Virus record (IMG/VR): IMGVR_UViG_3300003523_000207
Location: 1 to 64,000 of that record
Source: a virus
Lineage: Duplodnaviria; Caudoviricetes
Length of the DNA: 64,000 nucleotides
Strand: one strand, 5' to 3'
Shown piece by piece: positions 36,028-45,709 of this stretch (positions are counted from its first letter, which is position 1; each line of letters starts with the position of its first letter). The position numbers and the translations under genes are program-made. Under the pieces are notes generated by a model. That model did no database searches. It was not told the DNA's origin and saw only the letters and a program-made list of their open reading frames with translations.

Positions 36028-37266
36028 CTACTCGTTATAGTCGTCCGCATTAAAGTTCGGCATCAGCGCGCGCGGATTCTGCGGGGCGTCGAAGCTGTTC
36101 GGCGAAACGACTGGAATATCAAAGTTATCCGCCTTTGTACGGATATGCACAATCAGTTTATCCAGAACACCCATCTGATAGGAGGTGGGAGCACTGGTAG
36201 CGTCACCTACAAGCATAATGACGACGGCATCCACGTTGGCCTTGTCGCCATCAATCGACGCGTTGCTGTATGCACCAGCATCGTTGTCAAGGTCGATGAA
36301 CTGGTAAAGGCCGCTATTCTTGAGCGAATCCTTATTGCCGGTTTCGCCAAGGACTTCGGGGTCACCAGCAACCTTACCGACCAAGAAGTGGGCATTGGTA
36401 TCAGTCGTGATGAACGTGTTAGCCATAACCGGGAAGCATTCTCCTTCAGTATGGCACACCAAGATACGCTTAATCTGCTTTCCATTTCTCTGAATCATCT
36501 TGTCGGTTCGTTCAAGCGGAACCTTCATCACGGTTTCGCCGCTCTTGTTGACGATATCGGTGTGAGGAACATTGTCGTCGAACGGTTCGGAAAGAGCCGG
36601 AGACTTCGAAGTATCGTCTTGCGGCGGCTGACCGTTGAACGCATCGACGGTCGTCTGGGAAATATGAGAAATCTGTAAGTATTCACTGCCTTGACCGATA
36701 CCGGTGTTGTCTCGGTTACCGCCTACCGGCATACAAGTGAAAATGTCTATCGTGGCTTCGGTAAGGACGTGGTGGGTGTTAGCTCCACCGCCTTCCTTGG
36801 CACCTTGCCCAGCTTGCGCGTGAGCGACGGTGGACTCATAGGTAATAAAACCAGCGGCATCCCAGACAAATCCAGAATTGTTTCCGGGATTTACGATTGT
36901 CGTGGTATGCGTCTGACGATTATGCGTGTAGAAGAAGCCATCCTCTCCCAGATTTCCAACGGCCACATCCGGGTAATTGTCAGCGAACTCCGGAGGAAGT
37001 ACGTCAGGCGTGGCCGACATTCCGTAGTAAGTACCACGGTTGATATCGCCATCTTCGAAACGGACTCTCAAGTAATATCCAACCGGCGGGACTTGCTGGA
37101 TTGAACTATTCAACGCCGGATAGAAATACGGCTGCTCTTCATCGTCCAATTCGTCAGTAACGCCCAAAACGCGAGCCATCACGGCACCACGGTGCATCGT
37201 ATCGACGCTTCCTTGAACTACCACAGCTAGGTAATCGACATCTGGTAACTTGTTGTATATTCCCAT
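36028..37266 (-). CDS. Baseplate central spike gp5-like protein: OB fold plus degenerate amidase_2 domain
   Basis: N-terminal VV...D..HRGAVMARVLGV...VPPVG...VRFEDGD; C-terminal ILVCHT...AHFLV...YQ...PTSYQ..LDKL. Confidence 0.7.
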   Translation of the reverse strand: MGIYNKLPDVDYLAVVVQGSVDTMHRGAVMARVLGVTDELDDEEQPYFYPALNSSIQQVPPVGYYLRVRFEDGDINRGTYYGMSATPDVLPPEFADNYPDVAVGNLGEDGFFYTHNRQTHTTTIVNPGNNSGFVWDAAGFITYESTVAHAQAGQGAKEGGGANTHHVLTEATIDIFTCMPVGGNRDNTGIGQGSEYLQISHISQTTVDAFNGQPPQDDTSKSPALSEPFDDNVPHTDIVNKSGETVMKVPLERTDKMIQRNGKQIKRILVCHTEGECFPVMANTFITTDTNAHFLVGKVAGDPEVLGETGNKDSLKNSGLYQFIDLDNDAGAYSNASIDGDKANVDAVVIMLVGDATSAPTSYQMGVLDKLIVHIRTKADNFDIPVVSPNSFDAPQNPRALMPNFNADDYNE

Positions 37267-37273
37267 ATCGCAC

Positions 37274-38611
37274 CTACTTCTTCAACTTATCGGCTTCAAT
37301 CTTACAAGCCTTTGCAATTTCATCAAGCTTCTGCATCGTCGGGTCGTAACCTTGGATTCCTTCGTGATTGGAAATCAAGGTCAGAATAGTCAAGTGGTCA
37401 GGCTGCTGGTTGAAATGAGACGAACCCAATGCACCAGCAGAAACGGTCGTATCCTTCTTAATGCGCTTGGCAATAACGATGTATTCGTCCGTGTAATACA
37501 TATCCGGACCGGTCGTGCCGCCGTTATTGGATGGTTTCAGCGAGTAGACATACACGCGACTGCCAACGGCGGGACCGATACAGTTCGTCAAGCCGATTGA
37601 CATCAGCTTGGAGTATTCCGTGAGGTGACGGAGGCGAATCTGTTCGGCGATACAATAAGAATTATGCACATTGCCGGGGAAGTTGTTGATGACCTTGATG
37701 TCGCCGTAAACGGACTTTGTGTCCGGTAGATTAAACTTGACTGCGGTCTGTTGTGCGTTCATCGCTCCGTAATGCTGCATCAACGCATCGTAGCAGTCGC
37801 CGTAGCAGTTCGACACGTCTGCCTTACCCTTCGAGTCCACACTCGAATGGACGATGTTCGGGAACGATTCAGCAAGGTTCTCACCCTTGTTGGACATACG
37901 TTCCTCTTGGTAATACAGCCAAGCCTCGCTCTTGGTGTTAGAATCCACAAACCTAGAGCTTGCGGTCGATGTCCTTGCATCTTGAGAATAGATACAAGCC
38001 ATCGGCGTACTGACTTTCTTCGACGTATTCAACGAGGATATAAGAATGCACTGGGACACGATATCGTAAGTCCAGAACATATAGTCCCCAACCATTGCGG
38101 AATGGTCGACGGTTGTGCGGAGCTTGTCGACTAGGTTACAGTTGATATAACGCCAAGTCATCGTATCGGTAAGGTTGGCCGCATCACCGACAATGAGATT
38201 CTGGTATGGTGCTACGCCTTCGTACGACTTCAAGATGTCAATCATCGCATCGAGACTAGAACCCTTGATGGCCTCCGTCGTCTTTTTCATAAGGTCCGGA
38301 GAGTTCATCTTCCAATTAAACTGGACCGCAGTAGTTCCTTCATTGACTAGCGTTTGGCTCGCCGAGGTGATCAAAAATGTAAATCCGCTGCCGTCAACGC
38401 CTTGATAACCAGTGTTTAGGAATACAAACCTACCGAAACATCCGCTATCAATCTGAAAATCCGGCAAATTGGTAACAAGAACCGTAGCAGTGCCAAACGG
38501 CAATTCGTTAATGGGAATTGTCATCGACAGTTCATCTATGTCGTTAGCGTCAAAAATACGGTCATTCAATACCACTGTAACGCTAAAACTGGTACCAAGT
38601 CCACTTGCCAT
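37274..38611 (-). CDS. Baseplate hub protein (gp27-like)
   Basis: Position between the gp53-like and gp5-like genes; YMFW, VG..V and YT.EYIV patterns. Confidence 0.55.
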   Translation of the reverse strand: MASGLGTSFSVTVVLNDRIFDANDIDELSMTIPINELPFGTATVLVTNLPDFQIDSGCFGRFVFLNTGYQGVDGSGFTFLITSASQTLVNEGTTAVQFNWKMNSPDLMKKTTEAIKGSSLDAMIDILKSYEGVAPYQNLIVGDAANLTDTMTWRYINCNLVDKLRTTVDHSAMVGDYMFWTYDIVSQCILISSLNTSKKVSTPMACIYSQDARTSTASSRFVDSNTKSEAWLYYQEERMSNKGENLAESFPNIVHSSVDSKGKADVSNCYGDCYDALMQHYGAMNAQQTAVKFNLPDTKSVYGDIKVINNFPGNVHNSYCIAEQIRLRHLTEYSKLMSIGLTNCIGPAVGSRVYVYSLKPSNNGGTTGPDMYYTDEYIVIAKRIKKDTTVSAGALGSSHFNQQPDHLTILTLISNHEGIQGYDPTMQKLDEIAKACKIEADKLKK

Positions 38612-39051
38612 TATTCATCCTCTTCAACTTCGTTGTACTTCATATGCCAAGCCACAACGCTATTAGGGTCAGGGAGAACATAGTTGTCGTCGCCAACCGC
38701 TTCAGTAATCACACCGTTGAACGGGTCGCTGTAGCCAATCCAGTCTCGGTTTCCAAGAACCACATCCTCGTTAGCTTGCTTTTCGGCCTGTACAAGGTCA
38801 TTTCCCTTATACCCCTTTAAAACTAGTTCGTTGTGGATTGCCTCGGACGAGATTCGGATGGTACCACGGAGCTGCATAGGATTCCGGATATCGTTCGCCG
38901 CAGCAAATGCCTTGTACATCGTAGGAGTACCGTAAAGGTCACCAATAACACGGTCAAGACGACCGTTCTGTACCAAAGGAATATGGAACATTCCAGCGAC
39001 ATTAAACTTGTCGTCGCGGATTCTAGGGAATTTTTCATCAGCTGTCGCCAT
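38611..39051 (-). CDS. Baseplate wedge gp53-like (LysM-like) protein
   Basis: RLDRVIGDLYGTP.MYKAFAAANDIRNP. Confidence 0.7.
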   Translation of the reverse strand: MATADEKFPRIRDDKFNVAGMFHIPLVQNGRLDRVIGDLYGTPTMYKAFAAANDIRNPMQLRGTIRISSEAIHNELVLKGYKGNDLVQAEKQANEDVVLGNRDWIGYSDPFNGVITEAVGDDNYVLPDPNSVVAWHMKYNEVEEDE

Positions 39052-39060
39052 AATTCCTCC

Positions 39061-40380
39061 TTACTTCTTGGTGATGCCGCCAGCGGATTGGTTCTTTTCG
39101 CTCTTGGAATCACCACGCTTGACCCATTCGTCAAACACTTCGCTGCCAAGGAACGAGAGGAAGTCCTTGGTCGGACCCGGCTGCATCCAGTAATCAAAGT
39201 TCACGTCGGCGGAAACCCAAAGCGGCAAGTGGGTACCGTCATTCGAAATAAATTGTTCCTTCGAGGCGGTAATCTTAACCGAGGTCAGCACTACCGGTTC
39301 CAAGTCCAAATAGTGACCGACACTGATTCGCACCGGAAGGGGGTTTGCCGTAATTTCGCCACCGAAATAAGTATTGATGCTGTTGTACGCACTGACCGCG
39401 CCACCAGCGATTTTCTTCATCAAATCCTTCGCTCGCTGGCCTCTAGTTCCAGTAGAACTTCCCTCGGACTTGTCGCTTTCACTTGTCGTTTCAGTATTAC
39501 CGCCGCCTTCGTTGAGACCGAGTGCCATCGCGGTATTGTCTGAATAATAGTTCGCAGTGTCGCGAGCCTCATTTGAAAGGAACTCACGGTTAGATGCTGT
39601 AGTTCCGCTGTCAGTAACGATTCCCCAGCTATCAGCCACCGTATCAGCAGCAAAGTTTCCGACATCCTTGATTGCATCCTTGGCGGCGTCAAGAGCCTTT
39701 CCACCAGCGTTCATAATGCCGTTAATCGCGGCGTTAATAATCGTGGCCGAGTCCATATCCATCGGACGGACATAAGTCATCATAATCAAACGCTTGATGG
39801 AAATTCGACACATCTGTTCTTGTTCGGGCAGATACCACTTGAACTTGAGCGGCATATTCGCGCCGATGGTAGTCCTGGTAAACTGCTTAATGGTCGTACT
39901 ACCGGTCGAGTTGTTGTTCATACCGGCAAACGACATCGAGGTGGTCGCCAGCTTTTCGATAGACTGCAAAGCCGTATCGGTCTTCTTTGACAAAGTTGCA
40001 CCAGCAAACGGAACAAGACCGACTAGGCCGCCAGCACCGTCACCAGTAAGCAGCGTGTTCATCATCGAGAAACCAGACTTCTGGCTGGGCTGGTTCCAAG
40101 ATGCGGTCACGTTGATACTCGGACCAACAGCCGCGCTCTGATCCAGAATACCATAAAACGGTTCATACAAGTTATAATTGCTTGCCTCGGCACACGCATC
40201 TTGCATCGTAGTTCTAAATTCATCAAGGACACTCTGGAAACCGCCCATATACGAACGACGAGCGGGACCATCCAATACTTGGATTCGCACCACGTTAGGC
40301 TTCGGTAGATTCTCGATCATCCTACCAGAGGTATGGCCTACACGCTTCTGATACTTTTTGACTTCGTTCTTCTTAGCCAT
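39061..40380 (-). CDS. Tail tube initiator / baseplate junction protein (gp48-like)
   Basis: PLPVRISVG....EPVVLTSV.I.......GTHLPL...DVNF; follows the tape measure gene. Confidence 0.6.
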   Translation of the reverse strand: MAKKNEVKKYQKRVGHTSGRMIENLPKPNVVRIQVLDGPARRSYMGGFQSVLDEFRTTMQDACAEASNYNLYEPFYGILDQSAAVGPSINVTASWNQPSQKSGFSMMNTLLTGDGAGGLVGLVPFAGATLSKKTDTALQSIEKLATTSMSFAGMNNNSTGSTTIKQFTRTTIGANMPLKFKWYLPEQEQMCRISIKRLIMMTYVRPMDMDSATIINAAINGIMNAGGKALDAAKDAIKDVGNFAADTVADSWGIVTDSGTTASNREFLSNEARDTANYYSDNTAMALGLNEGGGNTETTSESDKSEGSSTGTRGQRAKDLMKKIAGGAVSAYNSINTYFGGEITANPLPVRISVGHYLDLEPVVLTSVKITASKEQFISNDGTHLPLWVSADVNFDYWMQPGPTKDFLSFLGSEVFDEWVKRGDSKSEKNQSAGGITKK

Positions 40381-40437
40381 ACATTACCCGATAACTCATT
40401 CCTGTAAATTTCTATGAATAATCGCAAAAGCTGCATA

Positions 40438-41802
40438 TTATATCAATGAGTTTATAGTGCTGAGTTCCTGCTTCAACAACCGGCACGGTTCTTCCGCAAG
40501 GAAGAACTGCAACCTCCGGTCTCTGGGGCTGACAAAAGTCATACCTTCCTTCCGGTAGACGGAAGGGCAGGCTTCGGCGGAACATCCGCCTACGGCTAAT
40601 CGCGCCGCATCATTGTCGGAAGTCTGGACGAGTCCAGACAGCCAAAGACCATAGAAATGGAGATTCTTGGCCGCATTAACATCACGGTCATGGTGCTCGC
40701 CACATACTGGGCAAGTCCATTCTCGGTCTTTTAAAGTCAAGTTTGTGTTCTTGTAGCATCCGCAATGCGAGCAGAACTGGCTGGACGCATAGAACTGCGG
40801 CGCAAGTATCAGCTTGATACCAAGCCACTTGCACTTGTATTTCATGTACTCCTTAATGCGTCCGAAATTGGCATCAAGGACGGACATAGAAAGATTGTGA
40901 TTCTTCGCCATATTCACCGGACGAAGCATCTCCATTACGACCATCTTTGGCTTGGACTTGTAGGTCAAGTCCGCCGTAAGCTGGTGTGCGTGGTTGATTC
41001 TGATAGAGGTTACCTTATGCCAAGCCTTGGCAAGAAGGATTCTAGCCTTCTTACGGTTCTTTGATTTTTTCTTCCGGCGAGACACCGTCTTCTGGATGCG
41101 CTTGATGCGCTTCATATACCGCTTGTATGCCTTCGGATTTGCATAAACTACGCCATCTGAAGTGATTGCAGAATCCTTGATACCAAGGTCTACTCCGATG
41201 ATGTCGTCTTCTGTAACTGAGGTAACCTCGTCATATAACGGTACAACATCTGTATGATAGGCAAACGATACGAACCAATGTCCAACCGCATCGACGGATA
41301 CGGTAGCCATTGCAATCGGAACCTTATCGGAACCGTCTGGTATCTTGATGTAGTCCTTCTCGGCTAATCTTATTCTGCCGAGTGTAGGCAACTGGACGAA
41401 GTCCCTGCCAATGAATACTCCACCTGAGCAGCGGAACGACTCGTCTACGCCGTAATGATGGAACTTCGGGTGTCTTGCCAGTCCCTTGAAGAACCGCTTC
41501 CAAGCAGAACCGAGGTCGATCAGAGCTTCTTGGCCACAAAACTTGGATACCGAGGTAATCCATTCATTACCCGGTTCCTTCTTGTAGATACACCATTCCT
41601 TGTGCCAGTCCCTCGGCGTTCCAAATCGGCACTTGGGCTTCTCGCCTTCTGGGGCAGCTTTCTTGGCTGCCTTGTATTCGGCATTCTGTATAGCAAGTTT
41701 CCAGTTGTAGGCACGACGAGAGACGGCGCACATACGGTGCATCGTCCGTATTTGAGCCTTAGTCGGCAATAAGCCTATCTTTCGTCCGCACTGCTGTTCC
41801 AT
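40438..41802 (-). CDS. tnpB: RNA-guided endonuclease TnpB (IS607-type)
   Basis: N-terminal L.PT..Q....R.AYNW, RuvC GVDLGIK / VVMEML / DRDVNAAKNL intact, CSHC...CPVC Zn finger. Confidence 0.95.
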   Translation of the reverse strand: MEQQCGRKIGLLPTKAQIRTMHRMCAVSRRAYNWKLAIQNAEYKAAKKAAPEGEKPKCRFGTPRDWHKEWCIYKKEPGNEWITSVSKFCGQEALIDLGSAWKRFFKGLARHPKFHHYGVDESFRCSGGVFIGRDFVQLPTLGRIRLAEKDYIKIPDGSDKVPIAMATVSVDAVGHWFVSFAYHTDVVPLYDEVTSVTEDDIIGVDLGIKDSAITSDGVVYANPKAYKRYMKRIKRIQKTVSRRKKKSKNRKKARILLAKAWHKVTSIRINHAHQLTADLTYKSKPKMVVMEMLRPVNMAKNHNLSMSVLDANFGRIKEYMKYKCKWLGIKLILAPQFYASSQFCSHCGCYKNTNLTLKDREWTCPVCGEHHDRDVNAAKNLHFYGLWLSGLVQTSDNDAARLAVGGCSAEACPSVYRKEGMTFVSPRDRRLQFFLAEEPCRLLKQELSTINSLI

Positions 41803-41807
41803 ACAAA

Positions 41808-41908
41808 CCAAAATGCCCAGCGAACGCTTATTGTGGAAGTCTGCATTCGCCGGGCATAGAAAATCCGCTTCTCTTTATATACGAGGACTTCCACATGCTC
41901 GCATATAC
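41808..41908 (-). ncRNA. Structured leader RNA (kissing-loop hairpins, terminator-like) upstream of tnpB
   Basis: Hairpin 1 TATATGCGAG/CTCGTATATA with loop TGTGGAAGTC; hairpin 2 (41813-41857) with loop GACTTCCACA followed by TTTT. Confidence 0.6.
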
Positions 41909-42001
41909 CAAAAGTTTATATATGTGGCACAAATTTTATTGCGATTATACGCAAAATCCGTAGAAATCCATAGAAAATCATAGAAATTTAGTCGTCAGAT
42001 G

Positions 42002-43915
42002 TTACCCCAACAACGACCCGTTAATCGCTTCGCCAGTAGCCTTAGCCTGTTCAGCGTTAGCAGTTTTAACTTCTTCACTTGTCATAGCCTCGATAAAGGC
42101 TTCCTTCATCGCCTCGACAGTTTCCTTGTTCTTTTCATTCTCGTTTGCACGCTTACCGTTAGCGTTATCGCCAGTAGTCGCGGTAGGCGTATTCGAGTTA
42201 GCGGTAGAACCGGAGGCAAGTTTCTTGTCTCCCTGATATAGAGCGGCAGCTGTTCCAAAACCACCAGCGTTTCCGTTGATGTTCACAAGGCCAACTTGAT
42301 CCTTGGTCAAACCGTACATATTTGCGCGACGGATTGCCTTGGTTGTTTCAGTTTCGTTACCAGCCAAGTGAGCGATTTCGGCAGAGAACGCTTGACCGAT
42401 AGAAACTTCGTTCGCGTCGTGAGCGTTCATAAATCCGGAACCGGCACCCTTCAGCGCACCCTTGAGGCCGTTCTTCATCGCACCATTAACGGCACCCTTG
42501 ACAGTTCCGATAATTTCAGGCACGGCGAGCGTATTCATCAAGGCATCGGTAGCACCAGCAAGAGCCGTCGAGGTGATGTCCGAAATGCTACCACCCTTCT
42601 TCCAAACGTCATAAGAGTTCTTTGCGCCGTCAACAAGGCTAATCGCGCCAGAAATAACGGGCAGCTTACGTCCAATCTTCGCTGCGGCAGAGCCAGCGGA
42701 CTTGGCCGCCGAAAGGGCGGCGTTAGTGAACTTTCCGACCGGAGACTTGGTATAAGCAGTTGCCGCCGCCTTTCCAACCTTCGAGAGTTTCGCACCGATC
42801 TTCGACATCAGCTTACCTTCTTGGGCAGCGTTCTTGACCGACCCGATTAGACTCTTGGCTTTGTTGAAAAGACCGCCAATCTTATCCTTAACCGCGCTGG
42901 CGGCCTTTCCAACGGCACTGTTCTTGACGGCGTCCTTCCAACCGGATAGCGTCTTCATGAACGAGGACTTTAGGCCGCCGAGAGTTTCCCTCACCGCAGA
43001 AGTCATACTCTTGAACTTGCCGACAACGGTCTGCGTCATTCCGCTGATAGTGGATTTAAACTTTGTCCCAAGATTCGCAATGGCTTTACCAAGCTTCGTG
43101 TCCTTCATCCACTTGGTCGCACCCTTCCAGACATTTGCAAACGCCTTACCGACCTTGCTCCACTGAGCTTTGAGACCTTGCATCCATCCGATAGCAAGAC
43201 CACCCAGAGCACCGATAGCACCACCAATAAGAGTTCCAAGAAAGCTCGACAGCCCAAACCCGGACTCGTCCGAAACAGTCAATATCTGGTTTTCTTGGTT
43301 CAGATACTTGTCCAGAGCTTGGGAAAGCTTGGTCATAGTCGGCTTCACAGTGTATTCTTGATAAGCCTTGCTCTCTTCGTGATCAATCTTCGATTGAACG
43401 CGGTCGGTCTCGTCTCCAGCGAGACCAGCCTTGTACGAGATATTTTCATTGTTCTCGGCTGCAGACCCGGCCACTGGCGAAGCAGTCTGTGCGGCTCCGA
43501 TATTGGAGATTCCGCCTTGAACCGCTCCAGACGAGTCGGTGAACACTATACCGTGGTTGATAATGATGTTCTTGATAGAACCATTACCGGCGACCATATC
43601 ACCAGTAAAGTTGCTACCGAGGCTCATACTGTTCTGGCTGGATGCCATAGCTTGCTGGGCAAACCCAGACTGGCCGTAATTTTCCTGAGCCGTAGCGGCA
43701 TTTCCGATTCCGCTAGTCCGTTCGTTGAACTGTTTAAGCAGTTCTATGATCGATGCTTGGTTTTCAAGGACCGCGTCCATCGGGTCGGCTTTAGGCGCAC
43801 TGTTATTCTCCTCGTGGAAATCCACAAGATTTTGGTGAGCCTTTGCGGCCTCTTGTTCGGCCAAAGCCTCCAGCATACCAGCCTTTACCGCATTTTTGAT
43901 GTCTACAGTAGCCAT
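42002..43915 (-). CDS. Tape measure protein (gp29-like)
   Basis: A/G/K-rich helical repeats, hydrophobic GxxxG segment; between chaperone and tube-initiator genes; TATAAACT at 43942-43949. Confidence 0.7.
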   Translation of the reverse strand: MATVDIKNAVKAGMLEALAEQEAAKAHQNLVDFHEENNSAPKADPMDAVLENQASIIELLKQFNERTSGIGNAATAQENYGQSGFAQQAMASSQNSMSLGSNFTGDMVAGNGSIKNIIINHGIVFTDSSGAVQGGISNIGAAQTASPVAGSAAENNENISYKAGLAGDETDRVQSKIDHEESKAYQEYTVKPTMTKLSQALDKYLNQENQILTVSDESGFGLSSFLGTLIGGAIGALGGLAIGWMQGLKAQWSKVGKAFANVWKGATKWMKDTKLGKAIANLGTKFKSTISGMTQTVVGKFKSMTSAVRETLGGLKSSFMKTLSGWKDAVKNSAVGKAASAVKDKIGGLFNKAKSLIGSVKNAAQEGKLMSKIGAKLSKVGKAAATAYTKSPVGKFTNAALSAAKSAGSAAAKIGRKLPVISGAISLVDGAKNSYDVWKKGGSISDITSTALAGATDALMNTLAVPEIIGTVKGAVNGAMKNGLKGALKGAGSGFMNAHDANEVSIGQAFSAEIAHLAGNETETTKAIRRANMYGLTKDQVGLVNINGNAGGFGTAAALYQGDKKLASGSTANSNTPTATTGDNANGKRANENEKNKETVEAMKEAFIEAMTSEEVKTANAEQAKATGEAINGSLLG

Positions 43916-43990
43916 TTTTGCATTCCAAGTCGGTTACTTGCAGTTTATATGATTTTGGGCATCAAAAAAGGCAAAGCCTCGCGGCTTCGC

Positions 43991-44245
43991 CTATCTTGCG
44001 CCCAGCATACTTGCAATTTCTTGGCCGGATTCCTCTTCTTCTACCCCGTAGAGCTGGTTGAATTTCTCCACGCTGTATTTCTTGACCTCCAAGAACTCCG
44101 GTATGAAAAGCTGGTCGCAATCCAGTATCGAAGTGTGGAGCATATCAGAGATGAGGCACTTGTCACGAACCAACGCTATCTTGTCATAGACTGGAAATAT
44201 ACTGGTCGAGACGAAAGGGATAGAAGACCTTGACCTCCTTTCCAC
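43991..44245 (-). CDS. gp51-like small baseplate/tail assembly protein (start uncertain, possibly frameshift-accessed)
   Basis: Overlaps the end of the gp26-like gene in the +1 frame; weak GTG start. Confidence 0.5.
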   Translation of the reverse strand: MERRSRSSIPFVSTSIFPVYDKIALVRDKCLISDMLHTSILDCDQLFIPEFLEVKKYSVEKFNQLYGVEEEESGQEIASMLGAR

Positions 44246-45701
44246 ATTTCGGACACTTCAGTCTAGCAGTTATGACAGTTGTGAGGCTTGCAGCATTTAT
44301 CTCGTCGAACATCTTCGTTGCGTCGCCCACGTTCATATTCGAGAGATAATTGATCTTGTCGTTCAGGTTTTCACATTCCTCGATTTCGAGTACCACGGCA
44401 GCCTTGATGATTTCGCGGAGATACTGCGGCATCGGCTTGCCGATGTCCTTCGCGTACTGGTTAACAGCTTCATCAACCATTCTGTCGTGGGAGCGTCGTC
44501 TCAGGTAAACATCGCACTCGCGGCCATCCAGAAGATGGAACGCGTAATAGCCGTGGGCGTGCTTAGCCAAGATGCTCTTCACATCGCCGACAATGTTGAA
44601 ATCGAGATTATAGAAACCGACATCGAAGCCGTTGCTATTCGCTGGTGCTTCGTTTCGCTGGCCACATTCCGGACATTCGAACCAGAGAATTCCCGGAAGC
44701 GGCTGGTCGGGGAACGAGGATGCACGCAACCAATGAAGGATGTACGGGTCGTCACACGACAAGATATCTTCCGGGTCTACGCCACGGAGACGGCGAGCGT
44801 ATAGCTCGTTGAACACCGTAGTAATGTTCTCGGAATCGATGTCGTTAAGCATCAGCAAGTCCATAAGCTTGAAAGCCTGACCGGAGATGGGGCTTCCGTA
44901 CAGCGCACCAGTGGACGGCAATCCACGGATTTCGCTGAAGGCTTCGTAGTCGTGTACTTGCTGGGGGACGACCTTTCTTGGTTGCGAGTCGGCAAACCGA
45001 TACTGACCCGGACCCACTCCGAACGGGTCTGCCATCGGCTGCTGGGGCTGCGGCGGTTGAACAGGGGACGGCATCTGCACGGGTGCCTGGGGAGGCACGA
45101 CCGGCTGCACTTGGGGAGGCGCGACCGGCTGCATCTGCTGTACTGGCTGAACGCGACGCTGCGGCTGAATGGGTGCTTGCACGTACGGTCTCGGCGTGAA
45201 GGCAGAAAGCTCCATCCGAGGCTGTTCTTGTACTTGCACTTGCGGCTGTTGTACCGCTTCCGCTACAGGGTCTGGCGGAGCCTGTACCGGTTGCGGACTC
45301 TGTACGTAAGGCTGCGTGTCTTCAATAGTCTCGACGTACTGAGCAGAAGATTGCTGGGGTTGCGGTGCTGTACGAGCCATCATCGATTCCATATAGCGGT
45401 CATAGCCTTGACTTGCCATATTCTGGTCGGTAATCGGAGCGTTCTGAACCTCTGGCTCCACGGTCGGGGGGACGACCGTCTGAACCACCGGCTTAGCAAC
45501 GGTCTGTTGCCGAACCATACCCTTCTTCTTTTTGATGATCTTCGCGACTTCGTGAAGACCCTTGTTGTTCTCGCGCATAACTTCGGCTGGATCGCGGTCA
45601 AGAACGAGGCCGTGGTTTGCGGCCATCATAGTCCTTGCAGTCTGCATATATGTGCGAGTCTGCTCGTCGGTGTTATCCAACAAATCATTGATCTTTGACA
45701 T
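44184..45701 (-). CDS. gp26-like baseplate hub assembly chaperone with a Q/P-rich N-terminal half
   Basis: LPS.G.LY, D..YIL..LR..S, CPECG and CPKCG Zn motifs. Confidence 0.7.
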   Translation of the reverse strand: MSKINDLLDNTDEQTRTYMQTARTMMAANHGLVLDRDPAEVMRENNKGLHEVAKIIKKKKGMVRQQTVAKPVVQTVVPPTVEPEVQNAPITDQNMASQGYDRYMESMMARTAPQPQQSSAQYVETIEDTQPYVQSPQPVQAPPDPVAEAVQQPQVQVQEQPRMELSAFTPRPYVQAPIQPQRRVQPVQQMQPVAPPQVQPVVPPQAPVQMPSPVQPPQPQQPMADPFGVGPGQYRFADSQPRKVVPQQVHDYEAFSEIRGLPSTGALYGSPISGQAFKLMDLLMLNDIDSENITTVFNELYARRLRGVDPEDILSCDDPYILHWLRASSFPDQPLPGILWFECPECGQRNEAPANSNGFDVGFYNLDFNIVGDVKSILAKHAHGYYAFHLLDGRECDVYLRRRSHDRMVDEAVNQYAKDIGKPMPQYLREIIKAAVVLEIEECENLNDKINYLSNMNVGDATKMFDEINAASLTTVITARLKCPKCGKEVKVFYPFRLDQYISSL

Positions 45702-45709
45702 AGACTAAC

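Larger units (their letters stand above)
40388..42007 (-). mobile_element. Non-autonomous IS607-family element, tnpB only
   Basis: 13-bp inverted repeat TAAATTTCTATGA (40405-40417 and 41978-41990), each exactly 15 nt from a GG core; ~10-bp direct repeats ATTTCTA(T/C)G at the left end; no serine recombinase gene. Confidence 0.8.

Noticed and set aside
41951-41990. Short tandem repeats as a mini CRISPR array
   Set aside because: About 10-bp units with no spacers; they fit IS607 transposase-binding repeats
41811-42005. IStron (group I intron) at the IS607 left end
   Set aside because: Only about 200 nt is available, no group I core is recognisable, and the stop codon is restored at DNA level so splicing is unnecessary
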